Origin: Candidatus Angelobacter sp.
GTDB lineage: Bacteria; Acidobacteriota; Terriglobia; Terriglobales; Acidobacteriaceae
Reading direction: 5' to 3'
Length of the DNA: 29,970 nt
Assembly: GCA_036515395.1 (NCBI GenBank)
Contig: DATBVH010000280.1
Span: 1-29,970, forward strand
Below the pieces are notes generated by a model. That model saw only the letters and a program-made list of their open reading frames with translations, was not told the DNA's origin and searched no databases. This document shows, one piece after another, positions 1-8,417 of this stretch; position 1 is the stretch's first letter; the number at the start of each line of letters is the position of its first letter. The translations under genes were made by a program, and so were the position numbers.

Positions 1-158
1 TTCCTATCGCCCAAACGTTCGATGCCGCATCCAATTTGCGTGCTCAGGACCGCATGAAACAACTCGCCGCTTCGCCCCGGCTCATCGTCCCTGGTCATGA
101 TCCCGCAGTGTTCGATAAATTTCCCAAAGTCAGCGAGCGCGTGGTGCGAATTGAGTGA
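1..158 (+). CDS. 3' end (partial) of a metallo-beta-lactamase-fold hydrolase, N-acyl homoserine lactonase-like
   Basis: Frame starting at base 3 reads PIAQTFDAASNLRAQDRMKQLAASPRLIVPGHDPAVFDKFPKVSERVVRIE* (TGA 156-158). IVPGHDP is the typical C-terminal PGHD motif of MBL-fold AHL-lactonase-like proteins. Truncated by the window edge. Confidence 0.7.
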   Translation, partial: PIAQTFDAASNLRAQDRMKQLAASPRLIVPGHDPAVFDKFPKVSERVVRIE

Positions 159-210
159 CGATTGATTGCCAAAATTGTCAATTTTTCTCTCCCTTTTCAG
201 ATCCATGAAA

Positions 211-343
211 ATCAGTGTCATCAGTTTGATCAGCAGTAAGGTTTTCAGCTTCAGTGCAGATCGGTGCAATCCGTGTGATCAGCAGTAAGGTTTTTCAGCT
301 TCAGCGCAGATCAGTGTCATCAGTGTGATCAGTGGTAAGGTTT
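211..343. repeat. Tandem intergenic repeat, about 2.7 copies of a 49-50 bp unit (REP-like)
   Basis: Units 211-259, 260-309 and 310-343 (partial), consensus about ATCAGTGTCATCAGTGTGATCAGCAGTAAGGTTTT(T)CAGCTTCAGYGCAG. Each unit begins with three ATC(A/G/C)G-led 9-mers. Confidence 0.9.
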
Positions 344-377
344 GCTCCGGCGCGGGATTCTGTTAGCTTGAAATTGG

Positions 378-2015
378 ATGATCTCTTTCTCCAATATCAA
401 TAAGCAGTACGGCAAACAGTTGGTTTTTGTCGACGCATCATTCCAGCTCAACCCCGGCGAAAAGGTCGGCCTCGTCGGCCCCAACGGAGCAGGGAAGACA
501 ACGCTCTTTCGCATGGTCGTGGGTGAAGAAGAGCCTGACGAAGGTGAAGTCTCCGTCCCCAAGCGTCTTACCATCGGCTATTTCCGTCAGGACGTTGAAG
601 AGATGTCCGGGCGCTCCGTGCTGGATGAAGCCATTGCGGGCAGCGGGCGCGTGGGCGATCTTCACCATGAACTGGAAGCCTTGCAGCATGAAATGTCCGA
701 TCCTGCCAAGGCCGACGAAATGGACCGCGTGCTTGCGCGCTTTGGTGAAGTCCAAGAAGAGTATGAGCATCTTGGGGGATATGCCCTTGAAGCGCAGGCG
801 CGTGAAGTGCTTCATGGCCTCGGCTTTAAAGACGACCAGATTGATGGCGATGTGGGCGCGCTTTCCGGCGGATGGAAGATGCGCGTCGCGCTGGCCCGGG
901 TGCTCCTCGGCCGTCCCGATGTTCTGCTGATGGATGAACCTACGAACCACCTTGATCTTGAATCGATCATATGGCTGGAGCAGTTCCTGAAGAATTTTCA
1001 GGGCGCTCTGCTCATGACCTCGCATGACCGCGAGTTCATGAACCGCCTGGTTTCAAAGATTGCAGAAATTGAATCCGGCGAGATCATCACCTACTCCGGC
1101 AACTATGATTTCTATGAGCGCGAGCGGAACATTCGCTCCGCCAATCAGCAGGCAGCTTTTGCGCGGCAGCAATCCATGCTGGCCAAGGAGCAGCGCTTCA
1201 TTGATCGTTTTCGGACGCACGCCGCCAAAGCCGCGCAGGTGCAGAGCCGCATCAAGGCCCTGGATAAGATTGAAAAAATCGAACTGCCCAAAAAACGCCA
1301 GATCGTAAAGTTTGACTTCCGTCCGCCGCCGCGTTCCGGCGAGCAGGTTGCAGTGATTGAAGACCTGCACAAGAGTTATGGTCCGCGCGTGATCTATGAC
1401 GGCTTTAATCTCACCATCCGGCGCGGTGAGCGTTGGGCCGTGATGGGCAGAAATGGCGCGGGTAAAACCACTCTGCTCAAGATGATTGCAGGCGCTTCGC
1501 AGCCTGATTCCGGTTCAGTCCGCTTGGGCGCGAGCCTGTACATGGGCTATTTTGCGCAGCAATCTCTTGACGTGCTCGATCCTGATCTCACCATCATTGA
1601 GCAGCTACAGCGTGATTTCCCGCATGACGGCCTGGGCTCATTGCGCAACCTCGCCGGAGCTTTCCAGTTTTCCGGTGACGATGTGGACAAGAAAATCCGC
1701 GCGCTTTCCGGCGGAGAAAAGTCGCGGCTGGTGATGGCCTTGATGCTCTATAACCCGCCAAACTTCCTCGTGCTCGACGAGCCCACCAACCATCTCGACC
1801 TGGCGACAAAAGAAATGCTGGTGGAAGCTCTCAAAGATTTTGAAGGCACCATGATTTTCGTTTCGCACGATCGCATGTTCCTGCGCGGACTGGGTTCACG
1901 CGTGCTGGAACTCGGCGGCGAAAGCGGTACGGATCGCACACCGCAGGTCTATCCCGGATCATACGTTGAATACGTGCAGAAGATCGGCCATGAAGCGCCA
2001 GGGATTTACGTCTAG
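378..2015 (+). CDS. ABC-F family ATP-binding protein (two ABC domains, no transmembrane segments; likely ribosome-associated)
   Basis: Walker A GPNGAGKTT and GRNGAGKTT, signatures LSGGW and LSGGE, DEPTNHLD twice, SHDR H-loops, helical inter-domain linker, no hydrophobic segments. 545 aa. Confidence 0.93.
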   Translation: MISFSNINKQYGKQLVFVDASFQLNPGEKVGLVGPNGAGKTTLFRMVVGEEEPDEGEVSVPKRLTIGYFRQDVEEMSGRSVLDEAIAGSGRVGDLHHELEALQHEMSDPAKADEMDRVLARFGEVQEEYEHLGGYALEAQAREVLHGLGFKDDQIDGDVGALSGGWKMRVALARVLLGRPDVLLMDEPTNHLDLESIIWLEQFLKNFQGALLMTSHDREFMNRLVSKIAEIESGEIITYSGNYDFYERERNIRSANQQAAFARQQSMLAKEQRFIDRFRTHAAKAAQVQSRIKALDKIEKIELPKKRQIVKFDFRPPPRSGEQVAVIEDLHKSYGPRVIYDGFNLTIRRGERWAVMGRNGAGKTTLLKMIAGASQPDSGSVRLGASLYMGYFAQQSLDVLDPDLTIIEQLQRDFPHDGLGSLRNLAGAFQFSGDDVDKKIRALSGGEKSRLVMALMLYNPPNFLVLDEPTNHLDLATKEMLVEALKDFEGTMIFVSHDRMFLRGLGSRVLELGGESGTDRTPQVYPGSYVEYVQKIGHEAPGIYV

Positions 2016-2094
2016 CAACAAGAGGGCTTGCCGCGTGAATAAATGGTGCAGACGCTCTATTGATTCCCCACGCTGGCTATCATGTCGCAGGCAG

Positions 2095-3441
2095 CTATTT
2101 TTTAAATACCACACCACCCTTCATGACGAAGCTAATTTTCTGCATCACAGAAATATCGTGGAGCGGATTACCCTGGACCGCAATGATGTCGGCGTATTTG
2201 CCCTCTTCGATTGTGCCGATGTCATTTTGCATCTGCATCAGCTCCGCGCCGCGAATGGTGGCGGCACTCAGGGCCTGCGCCGGCGTCATTCCCCACTTGA
2301 CTATGGTGACGAGTTGGCGGGCGGGGCTCATGTCCCACTCGAACGCACCTACGTCAGTGCCAAACGCAATCTTTACGCCTGCCTGCAGTGCACGGCGGAA
2401 GGTGTCCTCCTCAATCTTCAGGCCGGGTGATTCCTGCGGCTGAGTGCCCGCGCGTTCAGCCCGCCACTGCGCGTCGTATTCGGCCACATACGGCGTAGGC
2501 ACAAACCAGATGCCCTTGGCGACCATCGTTTTCATGTCTTCTGGCGCCATGTAATTGCCGTGCTCGACGGTGTCAACGCCCGCTTCCACGGCATTGTGCA
2601 CTCCCAGCAGCCCAGTGGCGTGTGCCGCCACACGGTGGCGCTCACGGTGAGTTTCGTCGACGATGGCGCGAAGTTCGTCGAGGGTGAACGTTGGAATGGT
2701 GTCGAGGATACCGTCATGAATCCTGCCGCCCCGGTCAGCGTAGATCTTGACCCAATCGGTGCCGTGCGAAAGCTGTTCCCGCACTGCCTTGCGCGCACCC
2801 TCGACGCCATCCACCGTCTCCACTCCAACCGGCACCGGGACATCCCAGGCATACGCAGGTTGTAGCGGATATGAGCCGGTCACATCCATTGCGCGCCCCA
2901 CCACTTGCATGCGTGGTCCCCAGATCAAGCTGGCGTTAATGGCATTGCGGATGTCAACATCGGCGTAACCGGCGCCCTCGGTTTCGAGATCACGGATGGT
3001 CGTGAAGCCCCAATCCAGGGCCGCATGCGCGGCGGTGGTTGCCTCGATCGCACGATAGGCCACCGACTGCTTTAGCAGTTGCGCATCATACTGGCCCGGC
3101 TTGCGGTCACCCTGAAGAAAGACGTGCGTGTGCGACTCCACCATACCGGGCAAGCACGTCAGACTTGAGAGGTCGATGACCTGTGCATCTGCTGGCGGCG
3201 AGAACTTGCCCACCTGCTTGATCCTGTCGCGCTCGACGGCAATGACTATATTCAACTCGAGCTTGCCGGATTTGGGATCGAACAGCGCGCCGCAACGGAT
3301 ATACACCGGGCCAGTTGATGGCGCGGGTACGAGTTTTACCGGTCGCGGAGCGTTGGCAGTGTCTTCGGCAATGTTTTGCGCAAGCGCAAATCCAGACAAT
3401 AACGGTAAGAACCAAAGCGAGATAAATAGCCGTTTCAGCAT
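2095..3441 (-). CDS. Secreted amidohydrolase-superfamily enzyme (Xaa-Pro dipeptidase/M38-like)
   Basis: Signal peptide MLKRLFISLWFLPLLSGFALAQ; PGMVESHTH (HxH), GFTTIRDL, WVKIYA, VAAHA, TVEHG and IAFGTD metal-binding motifs; C-terminal G.IEEGKYADIIAV beta-sandwich. 448 aa. Confidence 0.9.
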   Translation of the reverse strand: MLKRLFISLWFLPLLSGFALAQNIAEDTANAPRPVKLVPAPSTGPVYIRCGALFDPKSGKLELNIVIAVERDRIKQVGKFSPPADAQVIDLSSLTCLPGMVESHTHVFLQGDRKPGQYDAQLLKQSVAYRAIEATTAAHAALDWGFTTIRDLETEGAGYADVDIRNAINASLIWGPRMQVVGRAMDVTGSYPLQPAYAWDVPVPVGVETVDGVEGARKAVREQLSHGTDWVKIYADRGGRIHDGILDTIPTFTLDELRAIVDETHRERHRVAAHATGLLGVHNAVEAGVDTVEHGNYMAPEDMKTMVAKGIWFVPTPYVAEYDAQWRAERAGTQPQESPGLKIEEDTFRRALQAGVKIAFGTDVGAFEWDMSPARQLVTIVKWGMTPAQALSAATIRGAELMQMQNDIGTIEEGKYADIIAVQGNPLHDISVMQKISFVMKGGVVFKK

Positions 3442-3844
3442 GGCGGCAACTCCTGAAAGTAATGTGCCTTGGCAGGCAGTCGAACATCATAAACCGCCGC
3501 CCGGCCATCGACCTTCCTGCAATTACATGCAAGCACCATTTAAAGATAGCGCGAGCGGAGGACAGGAGTTCAGCTGGAAGCTGCGACAGATATATCTGCC
3601 AGTGATCGCCGGTGTCGGTTGAGCCGGGAGCTGAACCGTCCCGAGCGTCCCACGTGCTTTCTTCAATTTACGAGCGAACAAGCTTGCAAGAAATCACGAA
3701 ACGCAAGCGGCCGATACGCTTTTGTATCCAAGCTTGTGGCGAACTGGAAAATTGATAAATAATTCCTTAACCATGTGGTTTGCCGCACAGACGCAGTTCT
3801 TGCCGCGCCTTATGCTCTAGCACTTTGATCGGTAGAGCATCAGA

Positions 3845-4258
3845 ATGGAACTTAAGCCTGGAAGCGAGAACGAGGATTGCAGGCCAGTAATTCTGGTTGT
3901 GCATGATGTTGAGGAGGTGAGGAATGGCATAGAACACCTTCTCGAAACTACCGGCTATAAAGTTGTCTCGGCCCGCAATGGAACGGATGCCATCGAAAAA
4001 ACCAGAGCTCAGCCTCCCAATCTGATTCTTGTAAGCCTGCCGGGACCCGGCCAGAGCGTGATAGCCGCGGCTTTAAGAGTCCGTGCGGGCGCGGGCTTGA
4101 GCATGAAGCTCCCGATTGTGATTTTCTGCGTGGAAACCATCGGCGCTGGGACTGAACTGGAGGTCGCAGACAGCGTCTACCTGATCCGCCCCGATAATTT
4201 CGATCAGTTGAGAGCGCTTCTCCGGAGCCTTGTCCCTATTTCACCCGTTAACGGATGA
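3845..4258 (+). CDS. Stand-alone atypical (pseudo-)receiver domain protein
   Basis: CheY-like pattern ILVVHD...LLETTGYKVVSARNGTDAI...PPNLILVSL...PIVIFC...YLIRP.NFDQL; the phospho-acceptor Asp position is Ser64 and the conserved Lys position is Arg115. 137 aa. Confidence 0.75.
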   Translation: MELKPGSENEDCRPVILVVHDVEEVRNGIEHLLETTGYKVVSARNGTDAIEKTRAQPPNLILVSLPGPGQSVIAAALRVRAGAGLSMKLPIVIFCVETIGAGTELEVADSVYLIRPDNFDQLRALLRSLVPISPVNG

Positions 4259-4564
4259 ACAAGCATCACCGCCCACTCAGTTCGCTCATTGGCAGCGTCT
4301 CGACGCAACCGCCATGCGACTCTTGTTGGCCCTGATTGGATAAATTCATTCCTTATGAGTGCTGGCGCACAGACAGCCACAAACTCAAATCTCTATGGTG
4401 TATTGGATTCATCAAGTATGCCGCTCTTTCGCGCTCGGGCAAAAGCCCGTGTCATTGCGATGGCTTATCAGGTATTCGCGACTCGCGATGACTGCTAAGA
4501 ACCTGACCGTTGTACCAGGTCGCTACTGTGGCGGTGCAGTTCAGTATTTCCGGCAAAAGACATT

Positions 4565-4570
4565 GAGGAG
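4565..4570 (+). promoter_or_regulatory. Shine-Dalgarno site of the sheath gene
   Basis: GAGGAG 9 nt upstream of ATG 4580. Confidence 0.75.
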
Positions 4571-4579
4571 ACTAGAACC

Positions 4580-6238
4580 ATGCCTGCATCTTTGACCTAT
4601 CCCGGGGTTTACGTCGAGGAAATCAAGAGCGGTGTGCGCACCATCACCGGAGTAGCCACGTCGATTGCCGCGTTCGTCGGCAGCGCGGAACGCGGCCCTG
4701 TAAACGATCCAACCACGATTTTCAGCTTTGGTGAGTTCGAAAGAAACTTCGGTGGGCTGGATCTAGACCACAGCATGAGCTTTGCCGTAAGAGATTTTTA
4801 TCTGAATGGCGGCAGCCAGGCAATCATTGTTCGCTTGGTGAATGTGCCTGTTGCCGCGGCGGGGCCTGCTCCGGCACCGGGACCGGGACCTGCGCCAGCA
4901 GCTGCAGTGGCTCCCGCAATAGCGCAGATAGCGTTGCCAACCGGGGCGGCAGCTCCCAATGACAATCTTACGCTGGTTGCATCCAGTCCGGGCGCCTGGG
5001 GAAACCAGCTGCAGGCCATCATCGATACCAAGAACACGCGCGACAAAGGCGCGAGCAAGAAGCTCTTCAACCTCACCGTCCTGGAAATAGACGCCAACAA
5101 CACGGTGGTGCAAACAGAGAAATATCTCAATCTATCAATCGATGATTCCAACCCGCAGTACGCTCCGCGGCAGCTCAAGCAAAGCTCTTCGCTTGTCCGC
5201 GTCCTCAGGAATGACCAGGATACTGACTGGCTCGTTCCAAATGTTCTCCCAAAGGATACGAAGACCGATGCCAAAGGCAATGCGATTCCCGCTACAGTTT
5301 CAAAAAAGGGAGTCGATGGTGTCACTGCTGACGGTGATTTGCTGGCCGACGCGGATTTCTTCCCGCCGAATGGTCCAGAGAAGACGGGGGTCTTGGCTCT
5401 GGAAAAAGCAGACATCTTCAATATTCTCTGTATTCCCCCTTTCGGCACGGACCTTGAATATGCCAGCGTGATTTCGCAGGCTGTTCCTTATTGTGAAAAG
5501 CGTCGGGCCATCTGTCTGGTCGATCCTCCCACCTCATGGAATTCGGTCAAGACAGCCTTGGACGGCGTGGATCAGGTGCTCCCACGCAGCTCTAACGCAG
5601 CTTTGTTCTTTCCTCGGCTAGTCGAGCCCAACCCGCTGTTGAACAGCCAATTACAGACCTTTGTCCCTTGTGGCGCGGTGGCCGGTATCTTTGCCCGCAC
5701 TGACACTCAGCGCGGCGTGTGGAAGGCGCCTGCTGGAATTGATGCCACGCTGGCAGGAGTCTCGGATCTTTCCGTACATCTCACAGACGACGAAAACGGC
5801 CAGTTGAATCCAATTGGAATCAACTGTCTGCGTTCCTTCCCGATTGTGGGCAGGGTTGTGTGGGGTTCTCGCACCGCCAGAGGCGCAGACATTCTGTCTG
5901 ACGACTACAAGTACATTCCCGTGCGGCGGCTGGCCCTGTACATCGAGGAAAGCCTTTTCCGGGGTACCAAGTGGGTGGTGTTCGAACCCAATGATGAGCC
6001 GCTGTGGGCGCAGATCCGTCTGAACGTCGGCGCTTTCATGCAGGACCTGTTCCGGCAAGGAGCTTTTCAGGGCACCACGCCACGGGACGCGTACTTCGTG
6101 AAGTGCGATAAGGAAACGACAATCCAGAATGACATCAATCTGGGCATTGTCAATATTGTGGTAGGTTTCGCGCCTTTGAAGCCCGCCGAATTCGTCGTAA
6201 TCAAGCTGCAACAGATCGCCGGGCAGATCCAGGCGTAA
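4580..6238 (+). CDS. Contractile tail sheath protein (T4 gp18-like; Afp2/3/4 equivalent)
   Basis: N-terminal YPGVYVEE...ITGVATSIAAFVG, WKAPAG, LNPIGINCLR.F, VWGSRT, YIPVRRL, VVFEPNDEPLW, C-terminal VGFAPLKPAEFVVIKL. 552 aa. Confidence 0.96.
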   Translation: MPASLTYPGVYVEEIKSGVRTITGVATSIAAFVGSAERGPVNDPTTIFSFGEFERNFGGLDLDHSMSFAVRDFYLNGGSQAIIVRLVNVPVAAAGPAPAPGPGPAPAAAVAPAIAQIALPTGAAAPNDNLTLVASSPGAWGNQLQAIIDTKNTRDKGASKKLFNLTVLEIDANNTVVQTEKYLNLSIDDSNPQYAPRQLKQSSSLVRVLRNDQDTDWLVPNVLPKDTKTDAKGNAIPATVSKKGVDGVTADGDLLADADFFPPNGPEKTGVLALEKADIFNILCIPPFGTDLEYASVISQAVPYCEKRRAICLVDPPTSWNSVKTALDGVDQVLPRSSNAALFFPRLVEPNPLLNSQLQTFVPCGAVAGIFARTDTQRGVWKAPAGIDATLAGVSDLSVHLTDDENGQLNPIGINCLRSFPIVGRVVWGSRTARGADILSDDYKYIPVRRLALYIEESLFRGTKWVVFEPNDEPLWAQIRLNVGAFMQDLFRQGAFQGTTPRDAYFVKCDKETTIQNDINLGIVNIVVGFAPLKPAEFVVIKLQQIAGQIQA

Positions 6239-6243
6239 TCCGC

Positions 6244-6249
6244 AGGAGG
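6244..6249 (+). promoter_or_regulatory. Strong Shine-Dalgarno site of the tube gene
   Basis: AGGAGG followed by ACAT and ATG 6254. Confidence 0.75.
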
Positions 6250-6253
6250 ACAT

Positions 6254-6781
6254 ATGGCGCAGTTTACTGTCAACGCACAGAGGTTCGACCCGTATAAGAA
6301 CTTCAAGTTTCGCGTCAAATGGGACGGCAAGTATGTAGCCGGAGTTAGCAAGGTAGGCGGATTGAAGAGGACTACCGAGGTGGTCAAGCATCGCGAGGGC
6401 GGCGATCCCAGCAGCACAAGGAAGTCGCCCGGACGCACCGAGTTCGAGGCCATTTCTCTGGAAAGAGGAGTGACCCACGACAAGGAATTTGAGCAGTGGG
6501 CCAACAAGGTCTGGAATTTCGGCGCCGGTCTGGGCAGCGAAACCTCGCTGAAGGACTTCCGCAAAAATATCCTGATCGAGCTCTATAACGAGTCCGGCCA
6601 GCTTGCCATTACCTACAAGGTATATCGCTGCTGGGTCTCTGAATACCAGGCAATGCCCGATCTGGACGCGAACGCTAACGCCGTCGCCATTCAGCATATC
6701 AAGCTGGAAAACGAAGGCTGGGAGCGAGACGTTGAAGTAGCCGAGCCGGCCGAACCCTCGTTCACGGTTCCCGCCGTCTAG
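6254..6781 (+). CDS. Tail tube protein (T4 gp19-like; Afp1/5 equivalent)
   Basis: DPYKNFKFRVKWDG, HREGGD, KSPGRTEFEAISLERG, RKNILIELYNESG, YRCWVSEY, LENEGWE; directly after the sheath gene. 175 aa. Confidence 0.95.
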   Translation: MAQFTVNAQRFDPYKNFKFRVKWDGKYVAGVSKVGGLKRTTEVVKHREGGDPSSTRKSPGRTEFEAISLERGVTHDKEFEQWANKVWNFGAGLGSETSLKDFRKNILIELYNESGQLAITYKVYRCWVSEYQAMPDLDANANAVAIQHIKLENEGWERDVEVAEPAEPSFTVPAV

Positions 6782-6783
6782 CT

Positions 6784-7509
6784 ATGCGAGCACTCTCTGC
6801 GGAAGATTTGCTCAACGTCTGGGATGTGGGCCAGCGGCAGTGTCACTGGGACCGCGCGCTGAGTTTGCTTTCAGCCGCGAACCGCGATCAACCTCGGTCT
6901 GTCCTGGCTGATTTGAGCTTGGGAGAACGCGACCGGCTGCTGTTGCAACTGCGTCAGATCGTCTTCGGTCCGGAACTGGAGGGGCTTGTAGACTGCCCAT
7001 CGTGCGGGGACCATCTGCAGTTTATATTGCGCACGGCCGATTTGCTCGCGCCCGCGGGCCAGCCTGTGGGACTGCTGGAAAGCAACGGCTACCGAATTGA
7101 ATTTCGTCCTACGGTCGGAGCCGATCTGGAATCCCTGCCTGCTGACGTCGATGTCGCAGAGGCCAGAATGTTCCTAATTGATCGCTGCGTTCTCAGAGTT
7201 GTTTACAAGGACGCACAGGTCTCGACTGCAGACCTGCCGCCGGAAGTTATTCAGAAGCTTGCCGGCGCCATGGATGAGGTCGATCCGCAAGGCAACGTCG
7301 AACTGGCGTTGGTTTGCGCGGGCTGCGGCCATCATTGGCAACAGCTGTTTGACATAGCTAGCTTCTTCTGGGCCGAGGTCCATGCCTGGGCCATGCGCGC
7401 GTTTTATGAAGTGCACCAACTCGCGCTTAATTATGGATGGCATGAGGCGGAAATCATTCGGATGAACACCAGCCGAAGACAGATATACCTGGGAATGCTT
7501 GGAACGTGA
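6784..7509 (+). CDS. Tail/baseplate-hub assembly chaperone-like protein with two CxxC motifs and a DUF6760-like C-terminus
   Basis: LSLGERDRLLLQLRQIVFG, CPSC and CAGC, FRPTVGADL, C-terminal EVHQLALNYGWHEAEIIRMNTSRRQIYL resembling the small tail-assembly module that follows CIS tube genes. 241 aa. Confidence 0.65.
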   Translation: MRALSAEDLLNVWDVGQRQCHWDRALSLLSAANRDQPRSVLADLSLGERDRLLLQLRQIVFGPELEGLVDCPSCGDHLQFILRTADLLAPAGQPVGLLESNGYRIEFRPTVGADLESLPADVDVAEARMFLIDRCVLRVVYKDAQVSTADLPPEVIQKLAGAMDEVDPQGNVELALVCAGCGHHWQQLFDIASFFWAEVHAWAMRAFYEVHQLALNYGWHEAEIIRMNTSRRQIYLGMLGT

Positions 7510-8417
7510 ACGACTACTTCACCAACGTAGTGGTAAAAGCGCTGAACGCCGTGCCGGTGGTGCGACCACGGCTGGCGTCGTGGTTTGGTGCGCCGGGTCC
7601 TGATCCGGCAGAAGTGTCGCCGGAAATAACATCTAATAGCAATTTCTCCGAACAGCACGTCAACCAGAGTGCGAATCGCATAAACGCAGCGCCGCAACTT
7701 GATGCCGGACCCACAACGCTGCCAAGAGAAGCGCCGCCTGCAGAAGTAGCCCCGGCAGTCTTGCATGCAATAGGCGTGAGAAGAGTGACCACAGCCGATG
7801 ACGACAATGGGGGAAATTCCGAGGCTGAAGCTGCTGACGCCCCTTTAAGAATTCAGACAATTCCGAATGCTCCGGACCGCCGCGTAACTGGGCGGCTTCC
7901 GCGCCGGTTGCCTCCCATAGAAGCAGGAGCGCCCGAACAGGAAGTTACAGCAGAGTTGCACAAGAATGTTTCGCCGGAGCAGGCCACCGATGATCGGGGA
8001 CATGCGCCGAATGAAGTGAACTCCAACGATCGCGTAAGCGCAAGTCCCGCCTCTGCAGTAGCGGGCAGAAAAAGTTTCCAGGCGCTTCTTGCGCAACCAT
8101 CGGTTCATCCCGTGGTTGCAAATAGGGTAACAAAGCAAACTGCGCCAATAATGCAGCAAGAGAACGGCGGCAATGCTGGTGTGCAAAGGACAGAGCAAGA
8201 GTTACTATCTCATGCTCGCCAATTAGCGCCTGCCGGCATGGCGCGTGGGATGACAGCGGGAGCTGCTGCTGCGGACACAATCCATGTGAGCATTGGCCGC
8301 ATAGAGGTGAGGGCCACACCTGCGCCTCAACGCCCCAGAAATGAGCGCCAAGACCGCAAATCGCCCAATGCCCTGGAACAATACCTTGAGCGGCGAAGTG
8401 GAGGGCGGAATGAGTAG
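7506..8417 (+). CDS. Pro/Ala-rich, probably disordered eCIS protein with conserved ends
   Basis: GTG start overlaps the upstream stop (GTGA). Ordered-looking ends (MNDYFTNVV...RPRLASWF; IHVSIGRIEVRA...LEQYLERR) flank a low-complexity core. 303 aa. Confidence 0.75.
   Translation: MNDYFTNVVVKALNAVPVVRPRLASWFGAPGPDPAEVSPEITSNSNFSEQHVNQSANRINAAPQLDAGPTTLPREAPPAEVAPAVLHAIGVRRVTTADDDNGGNSEAEAADAPLRIQTIPNAPDRRVTGRLPRRLPPIEAGAPEQEVTAELHKNVSPEQATDDRGHAPNEVNSNDRVSASPASAVAGRKSFQALLAQPSVHPVVANRVTKQTAPIMQQENGGNAGVQRTEQELLSHARQLAPAGMARGMTAGAAAADTIHVSIGRIEVRATPAPQRPRNERQDRKSPNALEQYLERRSGGRNE

Noticed and set aside
211-343. CRISPR array
   Set aside because: Units are contiguous with no unique spacers, and no cas genes are present.
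2016-2094. Bidirectional intrinsic terminator between the convergent ABC-F and amidohydrolase genes
   Set aside because: No convincing GC stem with a U-tract found by eye.
1966-2443. Plus-strand ORFs 1966-2430 and 2060-2443
   Set aside because: Mostly antisense to the amidohydrolase 3' end, with no motifs or SD.
3442-4579. SOS (LexA GTTC-N7-GTTC type) box or sigma54 -24/-12 promoter
   Set aside because: A manual scan of both strands of the intergenic DNA found no match; a PWM scan would be needed to exclude degenerate sites.
4289-4595. Small ORFs 4289-4498 and 4359-4595 upstream of the sheath
   Set aside because: TTG/weak starts, no motifs, and they overlap the likely promoter/leader region; no support for coding.
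5651-6697. 348-aa minus-strand ORF
   Set aside because: Antisense shadow of the sheath and tube genes.
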